Positions 1 through 11,915 of a stretch of 64,000 nt of DNA are shown here, piece by piece. The translations under genes were made by a program, and so were the position numbers. The stretch comes from Ranitomeya imitator (Eukaryota). The DNA is taken from positions 168,578,001 through 168,642,000 of the forward strand of contig NC_091283.1 of the NCBI RefSeq assembly GCF_032444005.1, written 5' to 3'. Positions within the stretch are counted from its first letter, which is position 1. Each line of letters opens with the position of its first letter. The notes under the pieces were generated by a model. It did not search any database. It worked only from the letters and a program-made list of their open reading frames with translations, and was not told the origin of the DNA.

Positions 1-461
1 ACCGCCGTGCTGTTAGTTCGGCACGGTGGGTCTTTTTGCCCCTTTGCGTGGTTTTCGTTTTAGGGTTTTTTGTAGACTGCATAGTTCTCTTTGCTATCCT
101 CGCTCTGTCTAGAATATCGGGCCTCACTTTGCTGAATCTATTTCATTCCTACGTTTGTCTTTTCATCTTGCTAACAGTCATTATATGTGGGGGGCTGCCT
201 ATTCCTTTGGGGTATTTCTCTGAGGTAAGTCAGGCTTGTATTTCTATCTTCAGGCTAGTCAGCTCCTCAGGCAGTGCCGAGTTGCATAGGTAGTTATAGG
301 CGCAATCCACTGCTGCTTATAGTTGTGTGAGGATAGATCAGGTACTGCAGTCTACAGAGATTCCACGTCTCAGAGCTCGTCCTATTGTTTTTGGTTATTG
401 CCAGATCTCTGTATGTGCGCTGATTACTGCACGCTGTGTTGCCTGATTGCCAGCCATAACA
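1..461 (+). mobile_element. 3' part of a gypsy LTR (type A, element A), inserted into the pol gene of element B
   Basis: Near-identical to 25730-26190 of element E's LTR. Ends in ...CATAACA at 461 and is joined directly to RT coding sequence (GTTATGTGAAGGAG...). Confidence 0.93.
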
Positions 462-3400
462 GTTATGTGAAGGAGTCCTTGGAGAAGGGGCATATTCGCC
501 CGTCATCGTCGCCATTAGGAGCAGGGTTCTTTTTTGTAGCCAAGAAGGATGGTTCACTGAGACCTTGTATAGATTACCGCCTTCTAAATAAGATCACGGT
601 TAAATTTCAGTACCCCTTGCCGTTGTTATCTGATTTGTTTGCTCGGATTAAGGGGGCTAGTTGGTTCACCAAGATAGATCTTCGTGGTGCGTATAATCTT
701 GTGCGTATTAAGCGAGGCGATGAATGGAAAACTGCATTTAATACGCCCGAGGGCCATTTTGAGTATCTAGTAATGCCATTCGGACTTGCCAATGCTCCAT
801 CAGTGTTTCAGTCCTTTATGCATGACATCTTCCGAGAGTACCTGGATAAATTCCTGATTGTGTACTTGGATGACATTTTGATCTTCTCGGATGATTGGGA
901 GTCTCATGTGAAGCAGGTCAGAACGGTGTTTCAGGTCCTGCGTGCTAATTCTTTGTTTGTGAAGGGATCAAAGTGTCTCTTTGGTGTTCAGAAGGTTTCA
1001 TTTTTGGGGTTCATCTTTTCCCCTTCTACTATCGAGATGGACCCTGTTAAGGTCCAAGCCATCCATGATTGGACTCAGCCGACATCTCTGAAAAGTCTGC
1101 AAAAGTTCCTGGGCTTTGCTAATTTTTATCGTCGCTTCATCTGCAATTTTTCTAGTATTGCTAAACCATTGACCGATTTGACCAAGAAGGGTGCTGATGT
1201 GGTCAATTGGTCTTCTGCTGCTGTGGAAGCTTTTCAAGAGTTGAAGCGTCGTTTTTCTTCTGCCCCTGTGTTGTGTCAACCAGATGTTTCGCTTCCGTTT
1301 CAGGTCGAGGTTGATGCTTCTGAGATTGGAGCAGGGGCTGTTTTGTCGCAGAGAGGTTCTGATTGCTCGGTGATGAAACCATGCGCCTTCTTTTCCAGGA
1401 AGTTTTCGCCTCCTGAGCGAAATTATGATGTAGGCAATCGAGAGTTGCTGGCCATGAAGTGGGCATTCGAGGAGTGGCGTCATTGGCTTGAAGGAGCTAA
1501 GCATCGCGTGGTGGTCTTGACTGATCATAAGAACTTGACTTATCTTGAGTCTGCCAAGCGGTTGAATCCTAGACAGGCTCGTTGGTCGCTGTTTTTTGCC
1601 CGTTTTGACTTTGTGATTTCGTACCTTCCGGGCTCTAAAAATGTGAAGGCGGATGCTCTGTCTAGGAGTTTTGTGCCCGACTCTCTGGGTTTATCTGAGC
1701 CGGCGGGTATCCTCAAAGAGGGAGTAATTGTGTCTGCCATCTCCCCTGATTTGCGGCGGGTGCTGCAAAAATTTCAGGCTAATAAACCTGATCGTTGCCC
1801 AGCGGAGAAACTGTTTGTCCCTGATAGGTGGACGAATAAAGTTATCTCTAAAGTTCATTGTTCGGTGTTGGCCAGTCATCCTTGAATCTTTGGTACCAGA
1901 GAGTTAGTGGCTAGATCCTTTTGGTGGCCATCTCTGTCGCGGGATGTGCGTTCTTTTGTGCAGTCCTGTGGGATTTGTGCTCGGGCTAAGCCCTGCTGTT
2001 CTCGTGCCAGTGGGTTGCTTTTGCCCTTGCCGGTCCCGAAGAGGCCTTGGACACATATCTCTATGGATTTTATTTCAGACTAGATGGCAGCCCGATTCTA
2101 AAGAATCGGGAGTCTAGAATCCATATATACTTGAAATTCGGCAGGAGCTTGAAGAGCAACGTCACTAGGCCCGCCTCCACGCAGTAGAAACTTGCTGTGA
2201 GGTAAAAATTCAAAAATCACACCAAAATGGCGGGCGGAGTGTGTCACAGTACGGCACGTTTCTGATTGGTCGCTCGCAGCAGGCGGCAACCAATCAGACA
2301 CTGGACACTATTGACGTCACTTATCTCCGGACATTAGCTCCGGACATTAGCTCCGGACATTAGCTCCGGACATTAGCTCCGGACAAAGCCACGGAAGTTG
2401 GCACAAATTGCAGGAAGTAGTATTCTAGGCAATTATATATAAGATCTTCCCGTCTCTCAAAAGATGTCAGTCATTTGGGTGGTCTGTGATCGCTTCTCTA
2501 AGATGGTCCATTTGGTACCCTTGTCTAAATTACCTTCCTCCTCTGATTTGGTGCCATTGTTCTTCCAGCATGTGGTTCGTTTACATGGCATTCCAGAGAA
2601 TATCGTTTCTGACAGAGGTTCCCAGTTTGTTTCGAGGTTTTGGTGAGCCTTTTGTGGTAGGATGGGCATTGACTTGTCTTTTTCCTCGGCTTTCCATCCT
2701 CAGACTAATGGCCAGACCGAACGAACCAACCAGACCTTGGAAACATATCTGAGATGCTTTGTTTCTGCTGATCAGGATGACTGGGTGTCCTTTTTGCCTT
2801 TGGCTGAGTTCGCCCTTAATAATCGGGCCAACTCGGCTACCTTGGATTCGCCGTTTTTCTGCAACTCTGGGTTCCATCCTCGTTTCTCTTCAGGGCAGGT
2901 TGAGTCTTCCGACTGTCCTGGTGTGGATACTGTGGTGGACAGGTTGCAGCAGATTTGGACTCATGTAGTGGACAATTTGACCTGGTCCCAGGAGAAGGCT
3001 CAACATTTCGCTAATCGCAGACGCTGTGTGGGTCCCCGACTTCATGTTGGGGATTTGGTTTGGTTATCTTCTCGTCATATTCCTATGAAGGTTTCCTCTC
3101 CTAAGTTTAAACCTAGTTTCATTGGTCCGTATAGGATTTCTGAGGTTCTTAATCCTGTGTCTTTTCGTCTGACCCTTCCAGATTCTTTTTCCATACATAA
3201 CGTATTCCATAGGTCATTGTTGCGGAGATACGTGGCACCTATGGTTCCATCTGTTGATCCTCCTGCCCTGGTTTTGGTGGAGGGGGAGTTGGAGTATATT
3301 GTGGAGAAGATTTTGGATTCTCGTGTTTCAAGACGGAAACTCCAGTATCTGGTTAAGTGGAAGGGTTATGCTCAGGAAGATAATTCCTGGGTCTTTGCCT

Positions 3401-3675
3401 CTGATGTCCATGCTCCCGATCTTGTTCGTGCCTTTCATATGGCTCATCCTGGTCGTCCTGGGGGCTCTGGTGAGGGTTCGGTGACCCCTCCTCAAGGGGA
3501 GGGTACTGTTGTGAATTCTGTGGCAGAGCTCCCTCCTGTGGTCACAAGTGGTACTTCGGCTGATTCTCTCTGTGAGCTTCCGTTGGTGGAGGAAAGTGGT
3601 ACTGCGGCTTCTGAGTTTCCTTCCTCAGGTGATGTGGTGAAGTCGTTAGGTGCTGCTCTATTTAACTCCACCTAG
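462..3675 (+). pseudogene. Disrupted pol of element B
   Basis: Premature TGA at 1883-1885, Helitron insertion at 2080-2444, TGA at 2644-2646. Otherwise colinear with the intact ORF of element E. Confidence 0.9.
2080..2444 (-). mobile_element. Non-autonomous Helitron (365 bp)
   Basis: On the minus strand it starts 5'-TC, ends CTAG-3' and sits between host A and T with no TSD. Subterminal hairpin CCCGATTCT-AA-AGAATCGGG (2091-2110) lies 7 nt from CTAG. Internal 13-mer (CGGACATTAGCTC) repeated about 4 times. Removal restores ATTTCAGA|TCTTCC in integrase. Confidence 0.9.
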
Positions 3676-6102
3676 TGCTTTCATCCTGGCCTCCAGTCAA
3701 TGTTCTAGTATTGGACCTGTTTCCTCCTGGATCGTTCCTGTGGCCTGCTGCTCTGCATAGCTAAGTTCTGCTTTGCTATTTTGTTTGCTGTTTTTTTCTG
3801 TCCAGCTTGTCTATTTGTTTTTTCCTGCTTGCTGGAAGCTCTGGGACGCAGAGGGTGTACCTCCGTGCCGTTAGTTCGGTACGGAGGGTCTTTTTGCACC
3901 CTTTGCGTGGTTTTTGTAGGGTTTTGTGTTGACCGCAAAGTTACCTTTCCTATCCTCGCTCTGTTCAGAAAGTCGGGCCTCACTTTGCTAAATCTATTTC
4001 ATCTCTACGTTTGTCTTTTCATCTTAACTCACAGTCATTATATGTGGGGGCTGCCTTTTCCTTTGGGGTATTTCTCTGAGGCAAGGTAGGCTTATTTTCT
4101 ATCTTCAGGCTAGCTAGTTTCTCAGGCTGTGCCGAGTTGCATAGGGAGCGTTAGGCGCAATCCACGGCTGCCTCTAGTGTGGTTGGAGAGGATTAGGGAT
4201 TGCGGTCAGCAGAGTTCCCACGTCTCAGAGCTCGTTCTATGTTTTTGGGTTATTGTCAGGTCACTGTATGTGCTCTGACCTCTATGTCCATTGTGGTACT
4301 GAATAACCTTATCATAACAATTTCCCATGCCTGCTGGTCTGAATGAGTCTATGTCTTTGGCCATTCAGATCGATCGACGCTTGCGTGAGCGTAAAGCTGT
4401 GCACCATTTGGCGGTACTGTCTGAGCATGGGCCTGAGCCTATGCAATGTGATAGGACTTTGACCAGAGCTGAACGGCAAGAACACAGACGTCGGAATGGG
4501 CTATGTTTTTACTGTGGTGATTCCACTCATGCTATCTCCGATTGTCCTAAGCGCACTAAGCGGTTCGCTAGGTCTGACACCATTGGTACGGTACAGTCTA
4601 AATTTCTATTGTCCGTTACTCTGATTTGTTCTTTGTCATCCTATTCTGTTATGGCATTTGTGGATTCAGGCGCTGCCCTGAATTTGATGGACTTGGAGTA
4701 TGCTAGGCGCTGTGGTTTTTTCTTGGAGCCCTTGCAGTATCCTATTCCATTGAGAGGAATTGATGCTACGCCTTTGGCCAAGAATAAGCCTCAGTAGTGG
4801 ACCCAATTGACCATGTGCATGGCTCCTGCACATCAGGAGGATATCCGCTTTCTGGTGTTGCATAATCTGCATGATGTGGTCGTTTTGGGGTTGCCATGGC
4901 TACAGGTTCATAATCCAGTATTGGACTGGAAATCTATGTCTGTGTCCAGCTGGGGTTGCCCAGGGGTACATGGTGATGTTCCATTTTTGGATATTTCATC
5001 TTCCACTCCTTCTGAAGTTCCAGAGTTTTTGTCGGATTATCGGGATGTATTTGATGAGCCCAAAGCCAGTGCTCTACCTCCTCATAGGGATTGCGATTGT
5101 GCAATTAATTTGATTCCTGGTAGTAAGTTTCCTAAGGGCCGATTGTTCAATTTATGTGTGCCAGAACACGCCGCTATGCGGAGTTATATAAAGGAGTCCT
5201 TGGAGAAAGGCCATATTCGCCCATCGTCATCACCGTTAGGAGCAGGGTTCTTTTTTTGTGGCCAAGAAGGATGGTTCTTTGAGACCTTGTATTGATTACC
5301 GCCTTCTCAATAAAATTACAGTCAAATTTCAGTATCCTTTGCCGTTGCTGTCTGATTTGTTTGCTCGTATTAAAGGGGCTAGTTGGTTCATCAAGATAGA
5401 TCTTCGAGGGGCGTATAATCTTGTGCGTATTAAACAGGGCGATGAATGGAAAACAGCATTTAATACGCCCGAGGGCCATTTTGAGTACGTGGTTATGCCA
5501 TTCGGGCTTTCCAATGCTCCATCAGTATTTCAGTCCTTTATGCATGACATCTTCCGAGAGTACCTGGATAAATTCCTGATTGTGTATTTGGATGGTATTT
5601 TGGTCTTTTCGGATGATTGGGAGTCTCATGTGAAGCAGGTCAGAATGGTGTTCCAGGTCCTTCGTGCGAATTCCTTGTTTGTGAAGGGGTCAAAGTGTCT
5701 CTTTGGAGTTCAGAAGGTTTAATTTTTGGGGTTCATTTTTCCCCCTTCTACTATCGAGATGGACCCTGTTAAAGGCCAAGCCATTTACGATTGGACTCAG
5801 CCGACATCTGTGAAGAGCCTGCAAAAGTTCCTGGGCTTTGCTAATTTTTATCGGCGCTTCATCGCTAATTTTTCTAGTGTTGCTAAACCGTTGACTGATT
5901 TGACCAAGAAGGGTGCTGATGTGGTCAATTGGTCTTCTGCAGCTGTAGAGGCTTTTCAGGAGTTGAAGCGTCGTTTTTCTTCTGCCCCTGTGTTGTGCCA
6001 GCCAGATGTTTCGCTCCCGTTTCAGGTTGAGGTTGATGCTTCTGAGATTGGAGCTGGGGCTGTTTTGTCGCAAAGAAGTTCTGATGGTTCGGTGATGAAG
6101 CC

Positions 6103-9100
6103 TGTTGTGAATTCTGTGGTCAGGCTCCCTCCTGTGGTCATGAGTGGTACTTCGGCTGGTTCTGTCCATGAGCTTCCTTTGGTGGATGTGAGTGGGGCTG
6201 CGGCTTCTGAGTTTCCTTCCTCAGGTGACGAGGTTAAGTCGTTAGGTGCTGCTCTATTTAACTCCACCTAGTTCTTTGTTCCTGGCCTCCAGTCAATGTT
6301 CCAGTATTGGTCTTGCTCTCTCCTGGATCGTTCTTGTGGCCTGTCTGCCCTGCATAAGCTAAGTTCTGCTTGTGTTACTTTTGTTTGCTATTTTTTCTGT
6401 CCAGCTTGCTCTATTGGTTTGTTTTGCTTGCTGGAAGCTCTAGGACGCAGAGGGAGCACGTCCGTACCGTTAGTCGGTGTGGAGGGTCTTTTGCGCCCTC
6501 TGCGTGGTTGTTTGTAGGTTTTTGTGCTGACCGCAAAGCTATCTTTCCTATCCTCGGTCTATTCAGTAAGTCGGGCCTCACTTTGCTAAAATCTATTTCA
6601 TCTCTGTGTTTGTATTTTCATCTTTACTCACAGTCATTATATGTGGGGGGCTGCCTTTTCCTTTGGGGAATTTCTTTGAGGCAAGGTAGGCTTATTTTTC
6701 TATCTTCAGGGCTAGCTAGTTTCTCAGGCTGTGCCCGAGGCGCCTAGGTCTGGTCAGGAGCGCTCCACGGCTACCTCTAGTGTGGTGTGATAGGATTAGG
6801 GATTGCGGTCAGCAGAGTTCCCACGTCTCAGAGCTCGTCCTATGTTATTAGTAACTATCAGGTCATTTTCAGTGCTCTTATCCACCAGGTCCATTGTGGT
6901 TCTAAATCACCAGTTCATAACAGTACTGGAGGCCCAAAGTACTAATGCTTCTCAATTGAGGGAAAAGAGAAGTTCTGAGACCATTTTTTTTTTTCTCTGC
7001 ACTGTGTTTTGTCTTTCTTTTCCCCTAGACATTTGGGTGGTTCAGGACACAGGTGTAGTGATGGACATTCAAGGCCTGTCTTCTTGTGTGGATCATCTCA
7101 CTGCAAGAGTACAAAATATTCAAGACTTTGTGGTTTAGAATTCTATGTTAGAACCTAGAATTCCTATTCCTGATTTGTTTTCTGGAGATAGAGCTAAGTT
7201 TCTGAGTTTTAAAAATAATTGTAAACTATTTCTGGCTTTGAAACCCCGCTCCTCTGGTGACCCAGTTCAACAAGTTAAGATCATTATTTCTTTATTACGT
7301 GGCGATTCTCAAGACTGGGCATTTTCCCTTGCGCCAGGAGATCCTGCATTATGTGATATTGATGCGCTTTTTTCTGGCGCTCGGATTGCTGTATGATGAA
7401 CCTAATTCAGTGGATCAGGCAGAGAAAAATTCGCTGGCTCTGTGTCAGGGTCAGGATGAGGTAGAGATATATTGTCAGAAGTTTAGGAAGTGGTCTGTGC
7501 TCACTCAATGGAATGAATGTGCGCTGGTAGCAATTTTCAGAAAGGGTCTCTCTGAAGCCCTTAAGGATGTCATGGTGGGATTTCCTATGCCTGCTGGTCT
7601 GAATGAGTCTATGTCTTTGGCCATTCAGATCGATCGACGCTTACGTGAGCGTAAAACTGTGCACCATTTGGCGGTACTATCTGAGCATAAACCTGAGCCT
7701 ATGCAATGTGATAGGACTTTGACCAGAGCTGAACGGCAAGAACACAGACGTCGGAATGGGCTGTGTTTTTACTGTGGTGATTCCACTCATGCTATCTCCG
7801 ATTGTCCTAAGCGCACTAAGTGGTTCGCTAGGTCTGCCACCATTGGTACGGTACAGTCGAAATTTCTTTTGTCCGTTACTTTGATCTGCTCTTTGTCATC
7901 CTATTCTGTCATGGCATTTGTGGATTCAGGCGCTGCCCTGAATTTGATGGACTTGGAGTATGCTAGGCGCTGTGGGTTTTTCTTGGAGCCTTTGCAGTAT
8001 CCTATTCCATTGAGAGGAATTGATGCTACGCCTTTGGCCAAGAATAAGCCTCAGTACTGGACCCAACTGACCATGTGCATGGCTCCTGCGCATCAGGAGG
8101 ATATTCGCTTTTTGGTGTTGCATAATCTGCATGATGTGGTCGTGTTGGGGTTGCCATGGCTACAAGTCCATAACTCAGTATTGGATTGGAAATCTATGTC
8201 TGTGTCCAGCTGGGGTTGTCAGGGGGTACATGGTGATGTTCCATTTCTGTCTATTTCATCATCCACCCCTTCTGAGGTCCCAGAGTTCTTGTCAGATTAC
8301 CGGGATGTATTTGATGAGCCCAAGTCCAGTGCCCTACCTCCGCATAGGGATTGCGATTGTGCTATCGATTTGATTCCTGGTAGTAAATTTCCTAAAGGTC
8401 GACTGTTACGGAGTTACGTAAAGGAATCCTTGGAGAAGGGTCATATTCGCCCGTCGTCGTCGCCATTGGGAGCAGGGTTCTTTTTTGTGGCCAAGAAGGA
8501 TGGTTCGTTGAGACCTTGTATTGATTACCGCCTTCTAAATAAAATCACAGTCAAATTTCAGTACCCCTTGCCGCTGCTGTCTGATTTGTTTGCTCGGATT
8601 AAGGGGGCTAGTTGGTTCAGCAAGATAGATCTTCGTGGTGCGTATAATCTTGTGCGTATTAAACAGGGCGATGAATGGAAAACAGCATTTAATACGCCCG
8701 AGGGCCATTTTGAGTACCTGGTTATGCCATTCGGGCTTTCCAATGCTCCATCAGTATTTCAGTCCTTTATGCATGACATCTTCCGAGAGTACCTGGATAA
8801 ATTCCTGATTGTATACTTGGATGATATTTTGGTCTTCTCGGATGATTTGGAATCTCACGTGAAGCAGGTTAGAATGGTGTTCCAGGTCCTGCATGCGAAT
8901 TCTTTGTTTGTGAAGGGGTCAAAGTGTCTCTTTGGTGTTCAGAAGGTTTCATTTTTGGGTTTCATTTTTTCCCCTTCTACTATCGAGATGGACCCTGTTA
9001 AAGTTCAGGCCATTTATGATTGGACTCAGCCGACATCTCTGAAGAGTCTGCAAAAGTTCCTGGGCTTTGCTAATTTTTATCGTCGCTTCATCAATAATTT

Positions 9101-11915
9101 TTCTAGTATTGCTAAACCGTTGACTGATTTAACCAAGAAGGGTGCTGATGTGGTCAATTGGTCTTCTGCTGCTGTGGAAGCTTTTCAGGAGTTGAAGCGT
9201 CGTTTTTCTTCTGCCCCTGTGTGGTGCCAGCCAGATATTTCGCTCCCGTTCCAGGTCGAGGTTGATGCTTCTGAGATTGGAGCAGGGGCTGTTTTGTCGC
9301 AAAGAAGTTCTAATGGCTCGGTGATGAAACCATGTGCCTTCTTTTCCAGGAAGTTTTCGCCTGCTGAGCGTAATTATGATGTTGGCAATCGAGAGTTGCT
9401 GGCCATGAAGTGGGCATTCGAGGAGTGGCGACATTGGCTTGAAGGAGCCAAGCATCGCGTGGTGGTCTTGACTGATCACAAGAACTTGACTTATCTCAAG
9501 TCTGCCAAACGGTTGAATCCTAGACAGGCTCGTTGGTCGCTGTTTTTCTCCCGTTTTGACTTTGTGGTTTCGTACCTTCCGGGCTCTAAGAATGTGAAGG
9601 CGGATGCCCTGTCTAGGAGTTTTGTGCCCGACTCTCCGGGTTTGCCTGAGCCGGCGGGTATTCTCAAAGAGGGGGTAATTGTGTCTGCCATCTGCCCTGA
9701 TTTGCGGCGGGTGCTGCAAAAATTTCAGGCTGATAGACCTGACCGTTGCCCAGCGGAGAAACTGTTTGTCCCTGATAAATGGACGAGTAGAGTTATCTCT
9801 GAGGTTCATTGTTCGGTGTTGGCTGGTCATCCTGGAATCTTTGGTACCAGAGATTTGGTGGCTAGATCCTTTTGGTGGCCGTCTCTGTCGCGGGATGTGC
9901 ATTCGTTTGTGCAGTCCTGTGGGATTTGTGCTCGGGCTAAGCCCTGCTGTTCTCGTGCCAGTGGGTTGCTTTTGCCCTTGCCGGTCCCGAAGAGGCCCTG
10001 GACACATATCTCTATGGATTTTATTTCGGATCTCCCCGTCTCTCAAAAGATGTCGGTCATCTGGGTGGTTTGTGATCGCTTCTCTAAGATGGTCCATTTG
10101 GTACCCTTGTCTAAATTGCCTTCCTCCTCTGATTTGGTGCCATTGTTTTTCCAGCATGTGGTTCGTTTACATGGCATTCCGGAGAACATCGTTTCTGACA
10201 GAGGTTCCCAGTTTGTTTCGAGGTTTTGGCGAGCCTTTTGTGCTAGGATGGGCATTGATTTGTCTTTTTCCTCGGCTTTCCATCCTCAGACAAATGGCAA
10301 AACTGAACGAACCAATCAGACCTTGGAAACATATCTGAGATGTTTTGTTTCTGCTGATCAGGATGATTGGGTGTCCTTTTTGCCTTTGGCTGAGTTCGCC
10401 CTTAATAATCGGGCCAGCTCGGCTACTTTGGTTTCGCCGTTTTTCTGCAATTCTGGTTTCCATCCTCGTTTCTCTTCAGGGCAGGTTGAGTCTTCGGACT
10501 GTCCTGGTGTGGATACTGTGGTGGATAGGTTGCAGCAGATTTGGACTCATGTAGTGGACAATTTGACATTGTCCCAGGAGAAGGCTCAACGTTTCGCTAA
10601 CCGCAGGCGCTGTGTGGGTCCCCGACTTCGTGTTGGGGATTTGGTTTGGTTGTCGTCTCGTTATATTCCTATGAAAGTTTCCTCTCCTAAGTTTAAGCCT
10701 CGTTTCATTGGTCCGTATAGGATTTCTGAGGTTCTTAATCCTGTGTCTTTTCGTTTGACCCTCCCAGCTTCTTTTTCCATCCATAATGTATTCCATAGGT
10801 CATTGTTGCGGAGATACGTGGCACCTGTGGTTCCATCCATTGATCCTCCTGCCCCGCTTTTGGTTGAGGGGGAGTTGGAGTATATAGTGGAGAAGATTTT
10901 GGATTCTCGTATTTCGAGACGGAAACTCCAGTACCTGATTAAGTGGAAGGGTTATGGTCAGGAAGATAATTCCTGGGTCTTTGCCTCTGATGTTCATGCT
11001 GCCGATCTGGTTCGTGCCTTTCATTTGGCTCATCCTGGTCGGCCTGGGGGCTCTGGTGAGGGTTCGGTGACCCCTCCTCAAGGGGGGGGGGGTACTGTTG
11101 TGAATTCTGTGGTCAGGCTCCCTCCTGTGGTCATGAGTGGTACTTCGGCTGGTTCTGTCCATGAGCTTCCTTTGGTGGATGTGAGTGGGGCTGCGGCTTC
11201 TGAGTTTCCTTCCTCAGGTGACGAGGTTAAGTCGTTAGGTGCTGCTCTATTTAACTCCACCTAGTTCTTTGTTCCTGGCCTCCAGTCAATGTTCCAGTAT
11301 TGGTCTTGCTCTCTCCTGGATCGTTCTTGTGGCCTGTCTGCCCTGCATAAGCTAAGTTCTGCTTGTGTTACTTTTGTTTGCTATTTTTTCTGTCCAGCTT
11401 GCTCTATTGGTTTGTTTTGCTTGCTGGAAGCTCTAGGACGCAGAGGGAGCACGTCCGTACCGTTAGTCGGTGTGGAGGGTCTTTTGCGCCCTCTGCGTGG
11501 TTGTTTGTAGGTTTTTGTGCTGACCGCAAAGCTATCTTTCCTATCCTCGGTCTATTCAGTAAGTCGGGCCTCACTTTGCTAAAATCTATTTCATCTCTGT
11601 GTTTGTATTTTCATCTTTACTCACAGTCATTATATGTGGGGGGCTGCCTTTTCCTTTGGGGAATTTCTTTGAGGCAAGGTAGGCTTATTTTTCTATCTTC
11701 AGGGCTAGCTAGTTTCTCAGGCTGTGCCCGAGGCGCCTAGGTCTGGTCAGGAGCGCTCCACGGCTACCTCTAGTGTGGTGTGATAGGATTAGGGATTGCG
11801 GTCAGCAGAGTTCCCACGTCTCAGAGCTCGTCCTATGTTATTAGTAACTATCAGGTCATTTTCAGTGCTCTTATCCACCAGGTCCATTGTGGTTCTAAAT
11901 CACCAGTTCATAACA
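6103..11915 (+). mobile_element. Full-length gypsy element C with 820-bp LTRs (6103-6922, 11096-11915) and 6-bp TSD GAAGCC
   Basis: TGTT...AACA termini. GAAGCC at 6097-6102 and 11916-11921. LTR-derived ORF translations are identical at both ends (offset 4993). Removal restores the RNase H sequence of element D. Confidence 0.95.
7061..11264 (+). pseudogene. gag-pol of element C; gag N-terminus broken, remainder open
   Basis: ATG at 7061, TAG at 7136-7138 and a frameshift near 7370. A long open frame (7257-11264) then covers zinc knuckle, PR, RT, RH, IN and chromodomain. There is a 30-nt in-frame deletion near 8408 relative to D and E. Confidence 0.88.

Larger units (their letters stand above)
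462..4319 (+). mobile_element. Gypsy element B: 3' portion (RT-RNaseH-integrase-chromodomain), polypurine tract and 3' LTR 3507-4319
   Basis: YLDD RT motif, RNase H, integrase and chromodomain (EYIVEKILDSR...YLVKWKGY). G-rich PPT followed by TGTTGTG...CATAACA LTR of 813 bp. The LTR end abuts gag of element D at ATTTCC. Confidence 0.92.

Noticed and set aside
8400-8420. The deletion breakpoint in C lies within about 5 nt of the homologous site where A inserted into B
   Set aside because: A single coincidence with no mechanism supported by the sequence.
9129-10157. 342-aa antisense ORF within pol of element C
   Set aside because: The equivalent region is broken into short pieces in B, D and E, so it is a by-product of sense-strand codon structure.
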